Assembly: GCF_009914755.1 (NCBI RefSeq)
Contig: NC_060932.1
Length of the DNA: 64,000 bases
From: the human T2T-CHM13v2.0 reference genome, Homo sapiens
Reading direction: 5' to 3' (one strand)
Of this stretch, positions 28,421-44,629 are shown one piece after another. The notes below the pieces were generated by a model. The model was not told the origin of the DNA and did not search any database. It saw only the letters and a list, made by a program, of their open reading frames with translations. Each line of letters opens with the position of its first letter. The first letter of the stretch is position 1. Position numbers and translations under genes: made by a program.

Positions 28421-30112
28421 TGATTAGTTAGATGGGTCTCCACTGTCATCAGGGAGGATTGATTTACACCCATTGTGATTTGGTGTGCCTGTTTCTGAGG
28501 AGTCGGCACAGATCTCACCACATCTGAAGGCAGTCTCTGACACAGACGTCTCTTCACTGTGGTTTTGATTGTCAGTATTCACAAGAAGCTTGAGTCTTCT
28601 GGTGGGCACCCAGACAGGGGATTGATGATCTCCTGGTGAAACACAAGCATATCCTCTTCCCCACGTTAAGTAGAATAAGAGACAATATTTAAAGGTTTGG
28701 GGAAATCCTGTAAGGCAGTAATCACAGCAATTAACTCCGCATTTTGAAGAGAAGTATAAGAGGTAGAAAGAAGTTTGTCTGCAGGACCTGTATAGCCAGC
28801 ATTGCCATTACCAGAGCCATCAGTGAATACTGTAACGGCCTCAGGAATGGGTTGATTTTTGGTTAATCTAGGAACCACCCAAGACGTTATTTTTATAAAA
28901 TCAAACAATTTGTTTTTTTGGATAATGATCGTCAATAACACCAATAAAATCAGCCAAGTGAATTTGCCACAGTACAGAATGTTGAAAGGCAGCTTGAACT
29001 TCGAGCTGATTTAAAGGAACTACAATTACACTTGGATCAAATCCAGAAAATTGAAGTATTCTGCACCGAACCTGTCCAATTAATATGGCTATTTGGTCTA
29101 GATAAAGTTTTTGACACAGAATGAGGAAGAAAACACCATTCCACTAAATCATTATGTTGAACTATTAGTCCAGTAGGAGAGTGTAATGAAGCAAAAACCA
29201 GAAGCTGAAAAGGCTGAAATGTCTGTACTCTAGATAACTGGGCGGTCTGGATTTCTTCCTCTACAAATTCCAGATCCAGTAAAGCCTCAGGGGTCAAAGT
29301 CCTAGGGCTGCGGAGATCAGAATCTCCCCGCAGCATAGAGAACAAGTTAGACAGGGTATAGGTCGGAATGCCTAAAGTAGGTCTTAAATAATTAATGTTA
29401 CCCAAAAGTTTTTGGAAGTCATTTAAAGTTTTTAAAGAATCTCTCCTAATTTGAACTTTTTGAGGTTGAATACATTGTTTATCGACCACCATTCCTAAAT
29501 ATTGAACAGGAGTGGTCTGTTGAATTTTATCCTGAGCAATGCGTAATCCAGCCTCTGTAACACAGCGGTTCAAAATTTGGTAACAGTCAATTAATTTTTT
29601 ATCAGTGGGGGCAGAAATTAAAATATCATCAATATAATGAAGAATATAGGCCTCGGGAAATCGGGCTCAAACTGGTGAAAGCACTTGTCCAACATAAAGC
29701 TGGCAGATTGTAGGGCTATTTAGCATTCCCTGAGGAAGTACTTTCCATTGATAACGAGCTACAGGCTCCTGATTATTGATAGATGGTACAGTAAAAGCAA
29801 ATTTTTCACAATCCGATTTATGTAAAGCGATATGAAAAAAAAACCTCTTTAAGATCAATAAGTATGAGAGGCCAATCTTTAGGTATTAAAGCAGGGGCAG
29901 GCATGCCAGGTTGGACGGCCCCTATAGGTTTAATTACAGCATTAATGGCCCTTAAATCGGTTACCATCCGCCATTTGCCTGATTTCTTTTTTACTAGAAA
30001 CACAGGAGAATTACAAGGGGAAAGAGAAGGTTCCACATTTCCAAGTTGTAACTGCTCAGAAACCAATTGATTTAAAGCCTCCAGTTTTTCTTTAGAAAGC
30101 GGCCACTGCTGA
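28420..30112 (-). pseudogene. pol: Disrupted pol (RT, RNase H start, integrase C-terminus; integrase core deleted)
   Basis: [32 protein letters not shown]; [18 protein letters not shown]; HYIDD near 29630; [17 protein letters not shown]; VFTDGSGNG; [11 protein letters not shown] tail near 28660. Confidence 0.92.
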
Positions 30113-30174
30113 ATCCCAGGGCCACTTGTCTTATCTCCTTTGTTTAAAAGGATATTAGGTAGTAAAAGCAATTG

Positions 30175-31210
30175 AACTTGTTTAACAGTAGTAAAAGAAA
30201 CAAGAGCTTGGGCTCGGGAGTGTAGTTTATCCCAAGCTCTCATACACACTTTTGTTACTTGTTTTGTGGTAAGAGTATCAAAGTTTAATTGGGCATAAGC
30301 ATCAGAGAAACTATCGGAGCCTGTGAGCTGAGCCTGAGTAATTAGAATGCCATTACTCCGATTTAGCTGAGCCTGTAAACAGGCCTCCTCTGACCACCAG
30401 GCTGAGATGGACTTAGAACAGCTTTTTGCCAAAAGATCACAGTCTAAAGGAAGCAAAACAACCTCAGTATAAAAAGTTTGCAATACCATTTGAACATAAG
30501 GAAAAGTAGGACCATACTGAGTACAAGCATCCTTAAATTGTTTTTAAAAAGGTAAGATTGAGCGGCGCCTATCGATGCAGACTGGCTGAGGAACTGAAAC
30601 GACAGGAGGGTGAGGGGCTGTAGTGGATGGGGGAGGGCCTGGAGAATGACAGGTAAATTGTAGTTTGGTCCCAGAGCCATTATTTGATGCTGGAGGTTTG
30701 AAGAGAGAAGAATTAGCATATTTATGTTACCGGGCTTTGTGAGTCACAGCCGCAGGAGTGTGAAGTACCGGCTTTTCGTGGGAAGAAGTAAGAAAAGTAG
30801 GGGGTAACTTTAAGCCAAAGTTACCAGAGTTAGAAATCGAATTTTCAGAATCGTTAGGGAGGGGAGGAGTAGCTGAAGGGAGAGTCTGAACGAAGGCCAT
30901 GTGGGAGAGGAAGGTTGAGAAAAAGGCAGAGAAACTGAGGAAAAGGCAGAAAACTGCGGCAACTGCAGGGGGTCACGAGATTGGCAAGCCACGAAGATGT
31001 CACGCACCAAGCACCCCAAACAGTGATGGGCACATAATACCCGGCCGAGATCAGTTTTCGGAATGCCTTACGGACACAATCACACAATTTTATATACACC
31101 GTTCCTTTTTCAGGAAACCAAGAACAGTATTTTTCTACTGCCCTGAATAGAGTGATCATATTTTTCATGGTTACCGGTTTTAACAGGAGTTTGTTAGATT
31201 ACACATGACC
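30175..31210 (-). pseudogene. gag: Disrupted gag (MA and part of CA)
   Basis: LFRAVEKYCSWFPEKGT (HML matrix-like); [26 protein letters not shown] (capsid-like). Frameshifted. Confidence 0.82.
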
Positions 31211-31353
31211 CACAGTTAACCCAGACCTTACACAGATTACTCACCACTCGTCGGGGAGTTGAACACGCTTATCTGTGGACCAAGCCGATTGACGTTTCAC
31301 CGCACCTACCAAAGGGAATCCGGTTCCCTCATGCACTTAGGAAAAAAGAAAGA

Positions 31354-31367
31354 CCACGTGGGCGCCA
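31354..31367 (-). promoter_or_regulatory. Primer-binding site, tRNA-Lys-like
   Basis: TGGCGCCCACGTGG two bases after the 5' LTR. Close to the HERV-K consensus TGGCGCCCAACGTGG. Confidence 0.8.
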
Positions 31368-31369
31368 GA

Positions 31370-32429
31370 TATCGGGGGACCTGCCCCGATAATCACGTAG
31401 GTTCTTTTCTATTTTCCTAAGCGTCGACTGGCTTGAGAAATAAAAGGACAGAGTACAAAAGAGAGAAATTGTAAAGCTGGGCATCTGGGGGAGACATCAC
31501 ACATTGGTAGGATCCGTGATGCCCCACAAGCCACAAAAACCAGCAAGTTTTTATTAGGGAGTTTCAAAAGGGGAGGGAGTATATGAATAGGTGTGGGTGA
31601 CAGACATCAAGTACTTCACAGGGTAATAGAATATCACAAGGCAAGTGGAGACAGGGCCAGACCACAGGACGGAAGTGAAATTAAAATTGCTAATGAAGTT
31701 TTGGCACCATTGTCATTGATAACATCTTATGAGGAGACAGGGTTTTGAGATCAACCCGTCTGACCAAAGTTTATTAGGCGGGAATTTTCTCTTCCTAATA
31801 AGCCTGGGAGTGCTATGGGAGACTGGAGTTTATTTCACCTCTGCAATCTCGACCATAAGAGACAGGTATGCCCCGGGGGGCCAGTTCAGAGACCTACCCC
31901 TAGGTGCGCATTCTCTTTCTCAGGGACGTTCCATGCTGAGAAAAGGAATTCAACGATATTTCTCCCATTTGCTTTTGAAAGAAGAGAAATATGGTTCTGT
32001 TCTGCCCGGCTCACCGGGCGGTCAGAGTTTAAGGTTATCTCTCTTATTCCCTGAACAATTGCTGTTATCCGGTTCTTTTTTCAGGGTGCCCACATTTCAT
32101 ATTGCTCAAACACACATGCTGTACAATTTGTGTACTTAACGCAATTATTACAGGTCCTGAGACGATATACATCCTTCTCGACTGACAGGATTAAGAGATT
32201 AAAGTAATGACAGGCATAGGAAATCACAAGGGTATTGATTGGGGAAGTGATAAGTGTCCATGAAATCTTTACAATTTATGTTTAGAGATTGCAGTAAAGG
32301 CAGGCATAAGAAATTACAAAAGTATTAATTTGGGGAACTAATAAATGTCCATAAAATCTTCATAATCCACGTTCTTCTGTCATGGCTTCAGCTGGTCCCT
32401 CCGTTTGGGGTCCCTGACTTCCCGCAACA
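31370..32429 (-). mobile_element. 5' LTR (MER11)
   Basis: Direct repeat of 25375-26441, about 9 differences in the first ~220 bp compared. Confidence 0.93.
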
Positions 32430-32836
32430 CAGCACAGTGCCTGGCACAAAAGAGTTGCTCAATAAATACATCAGGATGAATAGATAAATACATGGATAGG
32501 CACTTTGAACTACAGATGAGCTTAAATACTTTGTGTTTTTCTTAGTCAAACATGTGCAATTAAGCATGTGATAAATGTTATGATGAGCATACCTGTGTCT
32601 TGCCTGATGTTCTTTGCAATCACTAAATGAAGTCAATTGGGCCTGTTTTGACAGTTCTATTTTCAACCTAATGATCTGTTTATTTTAACTTCTGGCTGTT
32701 GGCTTTGTTTGGGTTTGTTAGCCTGACAAAGTGGTAGATATTGGTATTTGCTCTTTTGTTTAAATGTCACGAACTTTAAAAATGCCTTTGCTTTTGGTAA
32801 GAAACCCTAGTTAGGACACCCTAGCAGTCAGGATGA

Positions 32837-33192
<356 letters not shown>

Positions 33193-33609
33193 TGAGGCTT
33201 ATTCTTGGTCACGTTGCATGTCTGGGCTGTGTTAGGGCATTGTGGGGTGGTCTGTTCATTGTGTTCACTCAGGGATCCAGGCTGACAAAAGCCCCATCTC
33301 TGCATGTGTCCTTGATCACCACTTCAGGGGAAAGAGAATGTGGTGGATCATAGAGCCTCTTAACACTTCCACCTGGAGGTGACTCAAGTTGCTCCTGCTC
33401 ATGGTTCATTGGACAAAACAGATCAAAGAGTCATGGGCAACTTCTCTGTGCCTGGAAGAGGAACCAAAATATGAATATCTACATTGACTTTCCCTAGCTA
33501 TTACACAGAAGGTCTCATTTAAATGCAGTTACTTATTTGTGTTTTGAAGCTAACTGTAGTCCATCAAACTTCACAGAAGATATGTGCACTTCCAAGCTAT
33601 TACTAAGCA

Positions 33610-33612
<3 letters not shown>

Positions 33613-33674
<62 letters not shown>

Positions 33675-33955
33675 AGACAGAGTCTCACTCTCTTGCCCAG
33701 GCTGGAGTGCAGTGGCATGATCATGGATAACAGCAACTTCTGCCTCCTGGGTTCAAGTGATTTTCATGCCTCAGCCTCCCAAAGTGCTGGGACTACAGAC
33801 AACCACCACCGCACCTGGCTAAGTTTTGTATTTTTAGTAGGGATGGGGTTTCACCATGTTGGCCTGGCTGGTCTGGAACTCCTGACCTCAGGTGATCCAC
33901 CTGTCTCAGCCTCCCAAAGTGCTGAGATGACAGGCGTGAGCCGCTGTGCCCGGCC
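33613..33955 (-). mobile_element. Alu with 61-nt uninterrupted poly(A) tail
   Basis: T run at 33613-33673, then a reverse Alu dimer. Confidence 0.93.
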
Positions 33956-34229
33956 TTGAGTATGATTTTTGATTGGGAAGGTCAGAGTTAGGGTTTTAGT
34001 CTGAGGACAGTATGATGTGAAGGTGAAAAGCAGAGCTTGGCTGTGAGTTTGCTGGGATTCCTGTGCTGCTTCTACAGCTCTTTGGCTGTGTGACCATCAC
34101 CTTTGGCAAGTTCCTTTACCTTTCTATGTGTTGGCTTCCTCATCAATAAAATGGAAAAACTAATCATAATCATAGTATCTGTTGGTGTTGGGATAGCCCA
34201 GTGGTTGACACATAAGGACTCAAAAATAG

Positions 34230-34533
<304 letters not shown>

Positions 34534-34894
34534 CAAAAATACTATTACTAATTTTGGGGGGTAGTTACTATATTTTGTGAAAATCAGAGTTCAGTACCTT
34601 GTAACACTGGGTTGGGATCTATCCCTGAAGGAACAGGCTTCTTAAGAGGAAGGCATGGAGTGAGGGGCAAAATTTTAGTTGATGTTGTAATGACTTTAGG
34701 TATATGGATCTGGGTCTGAGTTCTAGCTGGGGCCACCAGGTAGCAAGGTGAACTTTGCTAAATTCTATCACTTTCCTGAGCCTCAGACTCACTTGTTACA
34801 AATGAGGTTAAAGCATCCCTCTTTCAGGGCTAAGATAAAGATGATTAAGTAAGAGGGAATGAAAGTAACTTCCATCAATGGTCAAAAGTATTCG

Positions 34895-34897
<3 letters not shown>

Positions 34898-34927
<30 letters not shown>

Positions 34928-35211
34928 TTTTGAGATGGAGTCTCTCTCTGTTGCCCAGGTTGGAGTGCAGTGACATGGTCCCGGGTCACTGCAACCTCCG
35001 CCTCCTGGGTTCAAGTGATTCTCCTGCCTCAGCCTCCTGAGTAGCTGGGATTACAGGTGTGTGCCACCACGCCTGGCTAATTTTTGTATTTTTAGTAGAG
35101 ACGGGGTTTCACCATGTTGGCCAGGATGGTCTCCATCTCTTGACCTTGTGATCCACACACCTTAGCCTCCCAAAGTGTTGGGATTACAGGCATGAGCCAC
35201 CACGTCCGGCC
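34898..35211 (-). mobile_element. Alu with (TA)n tail
   Basis: Reverse dimer; TA repeat 34907-34927. Confidence 0.92.
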
Positions 35212-35224
35212 CATTTAACTTCTA

Positions 35225-35776
35225 TATTACTTTCCTGTTGGTGGATTTACCAGTGCAAACTGAGCAGCTTAAAACACCACCAAGGGTCTGGGCAGGGTTT
35301 AACTGGGTCCTCTATTCAGGGTCACAATACTGCAACCAGAGTGTCAGTTGGAGCTGGGGTCTCATGGGATGCTCAGTATCCTCTTCCAAGCTTATTCAGT
35401 TTGTGGACTGAATTCAATATCTTGCAATTGTTGAATGAAGGCCCTCAACTCCTAGAGCTGCCACCTCCAAAGACAGCTCACAGCATGGCCATTTGTGTCT
35501 CCTTGGAGGCTAAGGGTTGAACCTCTGAAACTTCACCTTTAAAAGATTCACCTGATTAGGTCTGGCCCACCTAAGATCATCCTGCTTTGGATGAACTCAA
35601 AGTCAGCTGAACAAATGTGCTTAACAAAGCAACTGTGACCATAATCACATTTGCAAAATTCCTTCCTCTTGGCCAAATCACAAGCTCTGCACACACTCAA
35701 GAAGAGGAGATGATACAGGGAGCAGATATAAGGGAGTGGGTCTCTTGGGGGCTGTCTTAGTATTCTGTCCATTACA
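35225..35776 (-). mobile_element. MLT1-type MaLR LTR
   Basis: Minus strand starts TGTAATGGACAGAATACTAAGACAGCCCCCAAGA and contains GGTGGGCCAGACCTAATCAGGTGA. Confidence 0.7.
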
Positions 35777-35906
35777 ACTTCCTTTCTTGAGGAACAGCAG
35801 GCCTGGGGAGAGATGATCACAGATGAGGGCAGCCCACAGGTGGTGAGAGCCTGGTGCTGGTGTAGGATGCAGGAGGCTGTGAAGCAAGTAGGAAAAGCCT
35901 TCTCTG

Positions 35907-37641
<1,735 letters not shown>

Positions 37642-37889
37642 AAAACTGTCCTACATCATGTACATTACTGAGCGAAAAGTAGAACCTGGATTTGAGCTCT
37701 GATTTCAGAGTTGTCTCCCCAGGGAGACCTGTCCTGGGAGACAGTTATGCCAGGCTGTGATGCTGTGATGATTGTTCTCTTCCTACTCAGAAGCTTTCAA
37801 TAGGCATGTCAAGCATGTGAACCCAGCTACATATACCAAATATATTTCTGACAAATGCCAGGACATCGTGAGCTTTCTTATTTTACTGA

Positions 37890-38209
<320 letters not shown>

Positions 38210-38499
38210 GTCTTTTTTATGTTATGTCCACGTGAAACAGCCCAGTGGTCAGCACACAAAGGGGTCCAAATGTGAAAGGGCAAACACAGGGGAAACAGGG
38301 GTGTTCAGAAATAGTTCCCAGGTTACTGTCTGTTTCAATATGTACCGTTCTCTGCCCCACCCACAAGATTCTGACTTGGCGGGTCAGAGTTGGAGATGGG
38401 GGAGCTACCTGGTTACGAGGGATCCCAGTGATTTTGAGGCAGCTGGTTGTTAGACTGCACTGTAAAAGTTACCCCCCAAAGATGTGAAGGGATAATTCA

Positions 38500-38625
38500 T
38501 GTATTTTTAATAGAGATAGGGTTTCACCATGTTGGCCAGGCAGGTCTCCAACTCCCAGCCTCAGGTGATCCGCCCGCCTTGGCCTCCCAAAGTGCTGGGA
38601 CTACAGGCATGAGCCATTGCTCCAA
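38500..38625 (-). mobile_element. Partial Alu (left arm)
   Basis: GTATTTTTAATAGAGATAGGGTTTCACCATG..GAGCCATTG. Confidence 0.85.
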
Positions 38626-38629
38626 GCAC

Positions 38630-39060
38630 TATTTTTTTAATGAGGCCAAATACACATAACATACAAGTCCCTGTATGAAATCATACACTTCAGTATCATT
38701 AAATACCTTCACAATGTTAAGCAATCATCATCTCTGTCTAGTTCCAAAACATTTTCTTTAACACCCCCCGCCCCCCAAAAAATAACCCTGTATCCATCAA
38801 GCACTCTCCATCCCCTCCCCTTTCCCCCAGTTCCTGGCAACCACTTACCTGCTTTCTGCCTCTACAGATTTGCGTATTCTGGACCTTTCACATAAATGGA
38901 ATCATGTAATATATATAATAACCAAAAGGTAGCAACAACAAAGATGGTCATTCGGTTTATGAATGAATAAACAAAATGTGCTGTATCCGTACAATGGAAG
39001 TATTGGTGCCTACTACATGTGGATGGAACTTGGAAACATCACGCTGAGTGAGAGAGAGCC
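38630..39060. mobile_element. Old L1M 3' end with inverted 5' part
   Basis: 38630-38915 is an L1M 3' terminus on the minus strand. ~38916-39060 is the upstream 3'UTR on the plus strand. Confidence 0.65.
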
Positions 39061-39319
39061 TTGGTATTGTCTCATCTCCCCAGGAGATTCCAAGGTGCAG
39101 CCAAGGTTGAGACCCACTGACAAGCAATGGATAAGGTTGGGTGCAGATGAAATAAGGCAGCCAGGGGCAGGAGGGACGTCTCATTGAAGACGACTATTTG
39201 TGGATGCCTAGCAGGGGTGGGGATGAGGGATGATAACAGCAACCCCAATCCCAACACAGCGTGACCGATTTTATCTTCAGCCAGCTGATACGCCTCATGG
39301 GGTGTGGACACAGGACATC

Positions 39320-39622
<303 letters not shown>

Positions 39623-39653
39623 TGAGAGAAATGTGCTTTTAAAAACAACTCCA

Positions 39654-39947
39654 GGACTAGCACAGTGGCTCACGCCTATAATCCTAGCACTTTGGGAGGC
39701 CGAGGCGGACGGATCACGAGGTCAGGAGATCAAGACCGTCCTGGCTAACACGGTGAAACCCCGTCTCTACTAAAAATACAAAAAATTAGCCGGGCGTGGT
39801 GGTACATGCCTCGAAGCCCAGCTACTCGGGAGGCTGAGGCAGGAGAATCGCTTGAACCAGGGAGTCAGAGGTTGCAGTGAGCCGAGAGTGCGCCACTGCA
39901 CTCTAGCCTGGTGACAGAGAGAGATTCCGTCTCAGAATAAATAAAAC
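39654..39947 (+). mobile_element. Alu (AluSc/Y-type)
   Basis: Full dimer, GGATCACGAGGTCAGGAGATC..CCTGGCTAACACGG. Confidence 0.92.
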
Positions 39948-40987
39948 CCTCCGATATGAACACCAAACTAGAATCACTCCATTGACTTCCCTCCGCCAAT
40001 CAGGGGGAGTGATGGTGATGGTGCATGAGTGTCTATTTGCATTCAGTCTCACTCAAAGGAAAAACAAATCACAGCCCAGACTGGAGCTGTGGATGAATAA
40101 CATGGCTGAGTGTTGGTACAGGCTTTCCACAGCAATACTAAAACTGAAAAAATCAGCAATGAAACTCCCAGCCACATTTCTGCCAAATGATTTGGGGGAA
40201 AACAACAGAGGCACTCCTCAACTTTTTCTTCGCTGCACAAAGTGGGTTTGGCTGGAAATGCCAAGTGTGCTTGTTGCTGGGATCTTTCAAATGAAAGCAA
40301 GCTGGGAGTCAAACTCCTGCAGCCACAGGCCAGAAATGGGTTTAGAGCAAACTATTATAGTAACACTGGTGCACATCGAAACAGATTAAACTCCCTCACA
40401 GCAATCCAGATTAATTGAATATGCTTTCTTATTGGCATACTGCGTTTCTCATTAAAGCAAATGAACATCCATCCCTCTATAATAAATTAGGGCCAAAAAA
40501 AATTCATATGTTTAGGGCATAGGGAAGGAGGAGTTGTTGGCTGTTAAAAAAAAAAAATACTGCAAGTGGCCTTTGAAAGTCTAGACATCTTCATCATAAA
40601 CACAAACATTCCTCTTCACAAAGGGACTTCAAGTAACCTTAGGCTGGAGGGCCCACTTGAGTATGTTTTTCTTCTCATTCTTTCTTACCTTCCCTCCAGC
40701 CCACCCAACCCACATTCAGTGACCAAGTCACGTGGGTTTTACCTCCTAAATCTTTTCAGATCCGTTCACTGCTCAGCCACTCTCCTGACACCACCATAAA
40801 CCAAGCCACCATCACTTCCAGCTGTTTGACTGCAAATGCCTCCTCACTGGCCTCTGTCTTCCCCTGGCCCTGTGACAATCTGCACTCCTCACAGGGACCA
40901 AAGCAATCACTTCAGAAGGTGCATCCAAACAGATCACTCACTTTCAATGGCTCCCACTGCTCTATGGGTTAACAATGATAAAAGCTC

Positions 40988-41312
<325 letters not shown>

Positions 41313-41549
41313 TTAGCACACTCTATCTCAGTCCATCCCTACATCACCCTTGATTTCACGAGTGGGGAAGCTGGGACAAAGAGTAGTTACGTGGGATGCC
41401 CAAGGTGGGACCACTCGTATGAAGTTTCCACACACTAATGTGAGACCCTCCATGACCTAGCCCCTCTCTTTCTCCAGCCTCATTTCCTGATTCTTTCGCT
41501 TGCCCTGCAGGCTTCAGCCACACAAACTTCTTGAAAGTCCCTTAAATCT

Positions 41550-41840
41550 GGCTGAGCGCAGTGGCTCACGTCTGTAATCCCAGTACTTTGGGAAGCTGAG
41601 GCAGGTGGATCACCTGGCATCAGGAGTTCGAGACCAGCCTGGTCAACATGGTGAAACCCCATCTCTACTAAACATCCAAAAATTAGCCAGGTGTGGTAGA
41701 GGGCGCCTGTAATCCCAGCTACTAGGGAGACTGAGGCAGGAAAATCGCTTGAACTCAGGAGGCAGAAGTTGCAGTGAGCCAAGATCACACCACTCCACTC
41801 CAGCCTGGGCGTCAAGACTGAAAGTCCGTCTCAAAAAAAA
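41550..41840 (+). mobile_element. Alu
   Basis: Flanked by AAAGTCCCTTAAATCTG on both sides. Paralogue of 17722-18016. Confidence 0.93.
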
Positions 41841-41987
41841 GTCCCTTAAATCTGCTCTATGCCTATCAACCTCAGGGACTTCACTATGCTGTTCCTCACC
41901 CTGAAATGCTGTTCCTCATTTCTCTACATAGCGAACTCATCCCACCCCCTAGGTCTCTCCTTAAGTGTCATCTCTTCAAGGAATATT

Positions 41988-42775
<788 letters not shown>

Positions 42776-43151
42776 GTAAGACCGAGCTCCCTCTCTCCAT
42801 TTATACGTTCTCTTTATGCCCTTTGCTTCTCTTTCAGAGCAATTCACGATGAGCTGGGTCACCCTCAACTTAAGGCTCATAACTCCCCTAGATCCTCAGG
42901 GTCCACACTAAATATGATGAAATATGATGCAAGCCACATATTTACTTTTGCATTTTGTAGTAACCACATTTTAAAAAGGAAAACAAAAGAAGTGAAGGTA
43001 ACTGGAATAATATCACAGATTTAAACAAATCTATCCAAAATACCAGGTCTACAAATATAAAATATTTTAACATTAACAAAATATTTTGCTTTCTTTTTAT
43101 ATTTAGGCTTCACAATCTAATGTGTATTTGACACTTCTCACACATCTCAGT

Positions 43152-43945
43152 ATGATGGCAGCACCCATATGGGAGGCCCTCCCATGATGCCAATGATGGG
43201 CCCTTCTCCTCCTGGGATGATGCCAGTGGGACCTGCTCCTGGAATGAGGCCGCCCATGGGAGGCCACATGCCCGTGATGCCTGGGTGCCCAATGATGAGA
43301 CCTCCTGCCTATCTCATGATGGTGCCCAGTCAGCCCAGAATGACTCGACCAGACAGATAAGGATAGAGGGGAGGGCTCATTACATCAGTGTTGCTTTTTT
43401 GGTGTTATTGTTGTGCGTTTTTTTGTTTTGTTTTGTTTTTGAGACAGAGTCTTCCTCCGTCACCCAGGCTGGAAGGCAGTGGCACGATCTCAGCTCACTG
43501 AAACCTCCACTTCCTGGTTTCAAGTGATTCCCCTGCCTCAGCCTCCTGAGTAGTGTGGGACTACAGGCATGTGCACCATGCCTGGCTAATTTTTTTTATT
43601 TTAGTAGAGACAGGGTTTCACCATGTTGGCCAGGATGGTCTCAATCTCCTGTCCTCGTCACCCGCTTGCCTCAGCCTCCCAAAGTGCTGGGATTACAGGT
43701 GTGAGCCACTGCGCCCGGCCTGTATGAGTTTTATATTTACCTGCTCCCTTCACCAGGAGATCGTGCCGCTGTGATGCCGGGTTTTCTTAACAGCATAAGG
43801 AAGACTTGCCCCCTTGCCCCATCAAAGAGAATAGTTTTGGAGGGGAGAAGTGGGACCAAAAAAGATGCAGTTTTCATTTGTATTGGGAAATGTGAAAATA
43901 GAATTGTCAACTCTTTTAGTTAAAAACGAAAAAAAAAGAAAAGGA
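43152..43945 (+). pseudogene. SNRPC: 5'-truncated SNRPC processed pseudogene (second copy), Alu at 43415-43720
   Basis: [41 protein letters not shown] ending 43360. 1-bp deletion near the start relative to the left copy. Poly(A) signal mutated to AATAGA. A-rich tail ~43923-43945. Confidence 0.93.
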
Positions 43946-44629
43946 AACAAGATGTGGGGCTGCCATAAGCAATACCATGGATTCCAAGGATCTTCTACTC
44001 TGGAGGGAAATATTATCTTTGCTGAAGCCAGACCAACCTGACACAAAGACCTTTTGGTTTTTTAATGTGACTGTGTTTTATTTTACAATGTGTAATTCAC
44101 TTTAGAAGGGCAAAGTACCTGTCTGGGGAAGACTATTTAATTTCCTGCATTTATTTAGAATGTTGGCTGATGTTGTTATGAAAGGAAACAGCTCTAACAA
44201 CTGAGTGCCCCCCACATAGCCACAGCTCATGAGTTCATGGGGCAAAGGAATTGAACAGCAGCCTCCTAATAGCCGGCCTTCTTTGTGGTATGGAAATGAT
44301 TATCAACATGTAAAAGACTATATATATATTCAACAATTCTGACCCCCTGCAAAATTCAAATCCACAACTGATTTGCTTCCTGGGCTCCTGAAAACAACTT
44401 TGTCAAAATTGTTTAGAAATAAAATCAGCCAATTGTTGCCCCTTGGGGATGCAGGACAAAGCAAGTCAGCCATGACCAATGTGGAGTCGGCCGTACACAA
44501 TTACATGCAGACCTGCAGGACATCGAGTCTCTGCTATGGTCCCTCCCCAGTCAGGCCCCCATTGCCTGGGCTGCAGCCAGAAGGATTCAGGCACAAGTGC
44601 ATTCAACAAATATTTAATTGCATTGGTGG

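Larger units (their letters stand above)
25375..32429 (-). mobile_element. HERV-K11 (HML-8) provirus with two MER11 LTRs, internally deleted
   Basis: LTRs 31370-32429 and 25375-26441. PBS TGGCGCCCACGTGG. PPT 26442-26460. gag/pol/env remnants. 6-bp target-site duplication CAACAC (25369-25374) / CAGCAC (32430-32435). Confidence 0.92.

Noticed and set aside
25375-32429. Replication-competent or protein-coding provirus
   Set aside because: gag, pol and env all have frameshifts or stops. The protease and integrase core are deleted.
33537-33959. Many 70-140-aa ORFs with [18 protein letters not shown] motifs or poly-F/poly-K runs
   Set aside because: Translations of Alu sequence and homopolymer tails.
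39982-40389. 135-aa ORF in non-repeat DNA
   Set aside because: Non-ATG (TTG) start, no recognisable homology or splice context, and a length achievable by chance.
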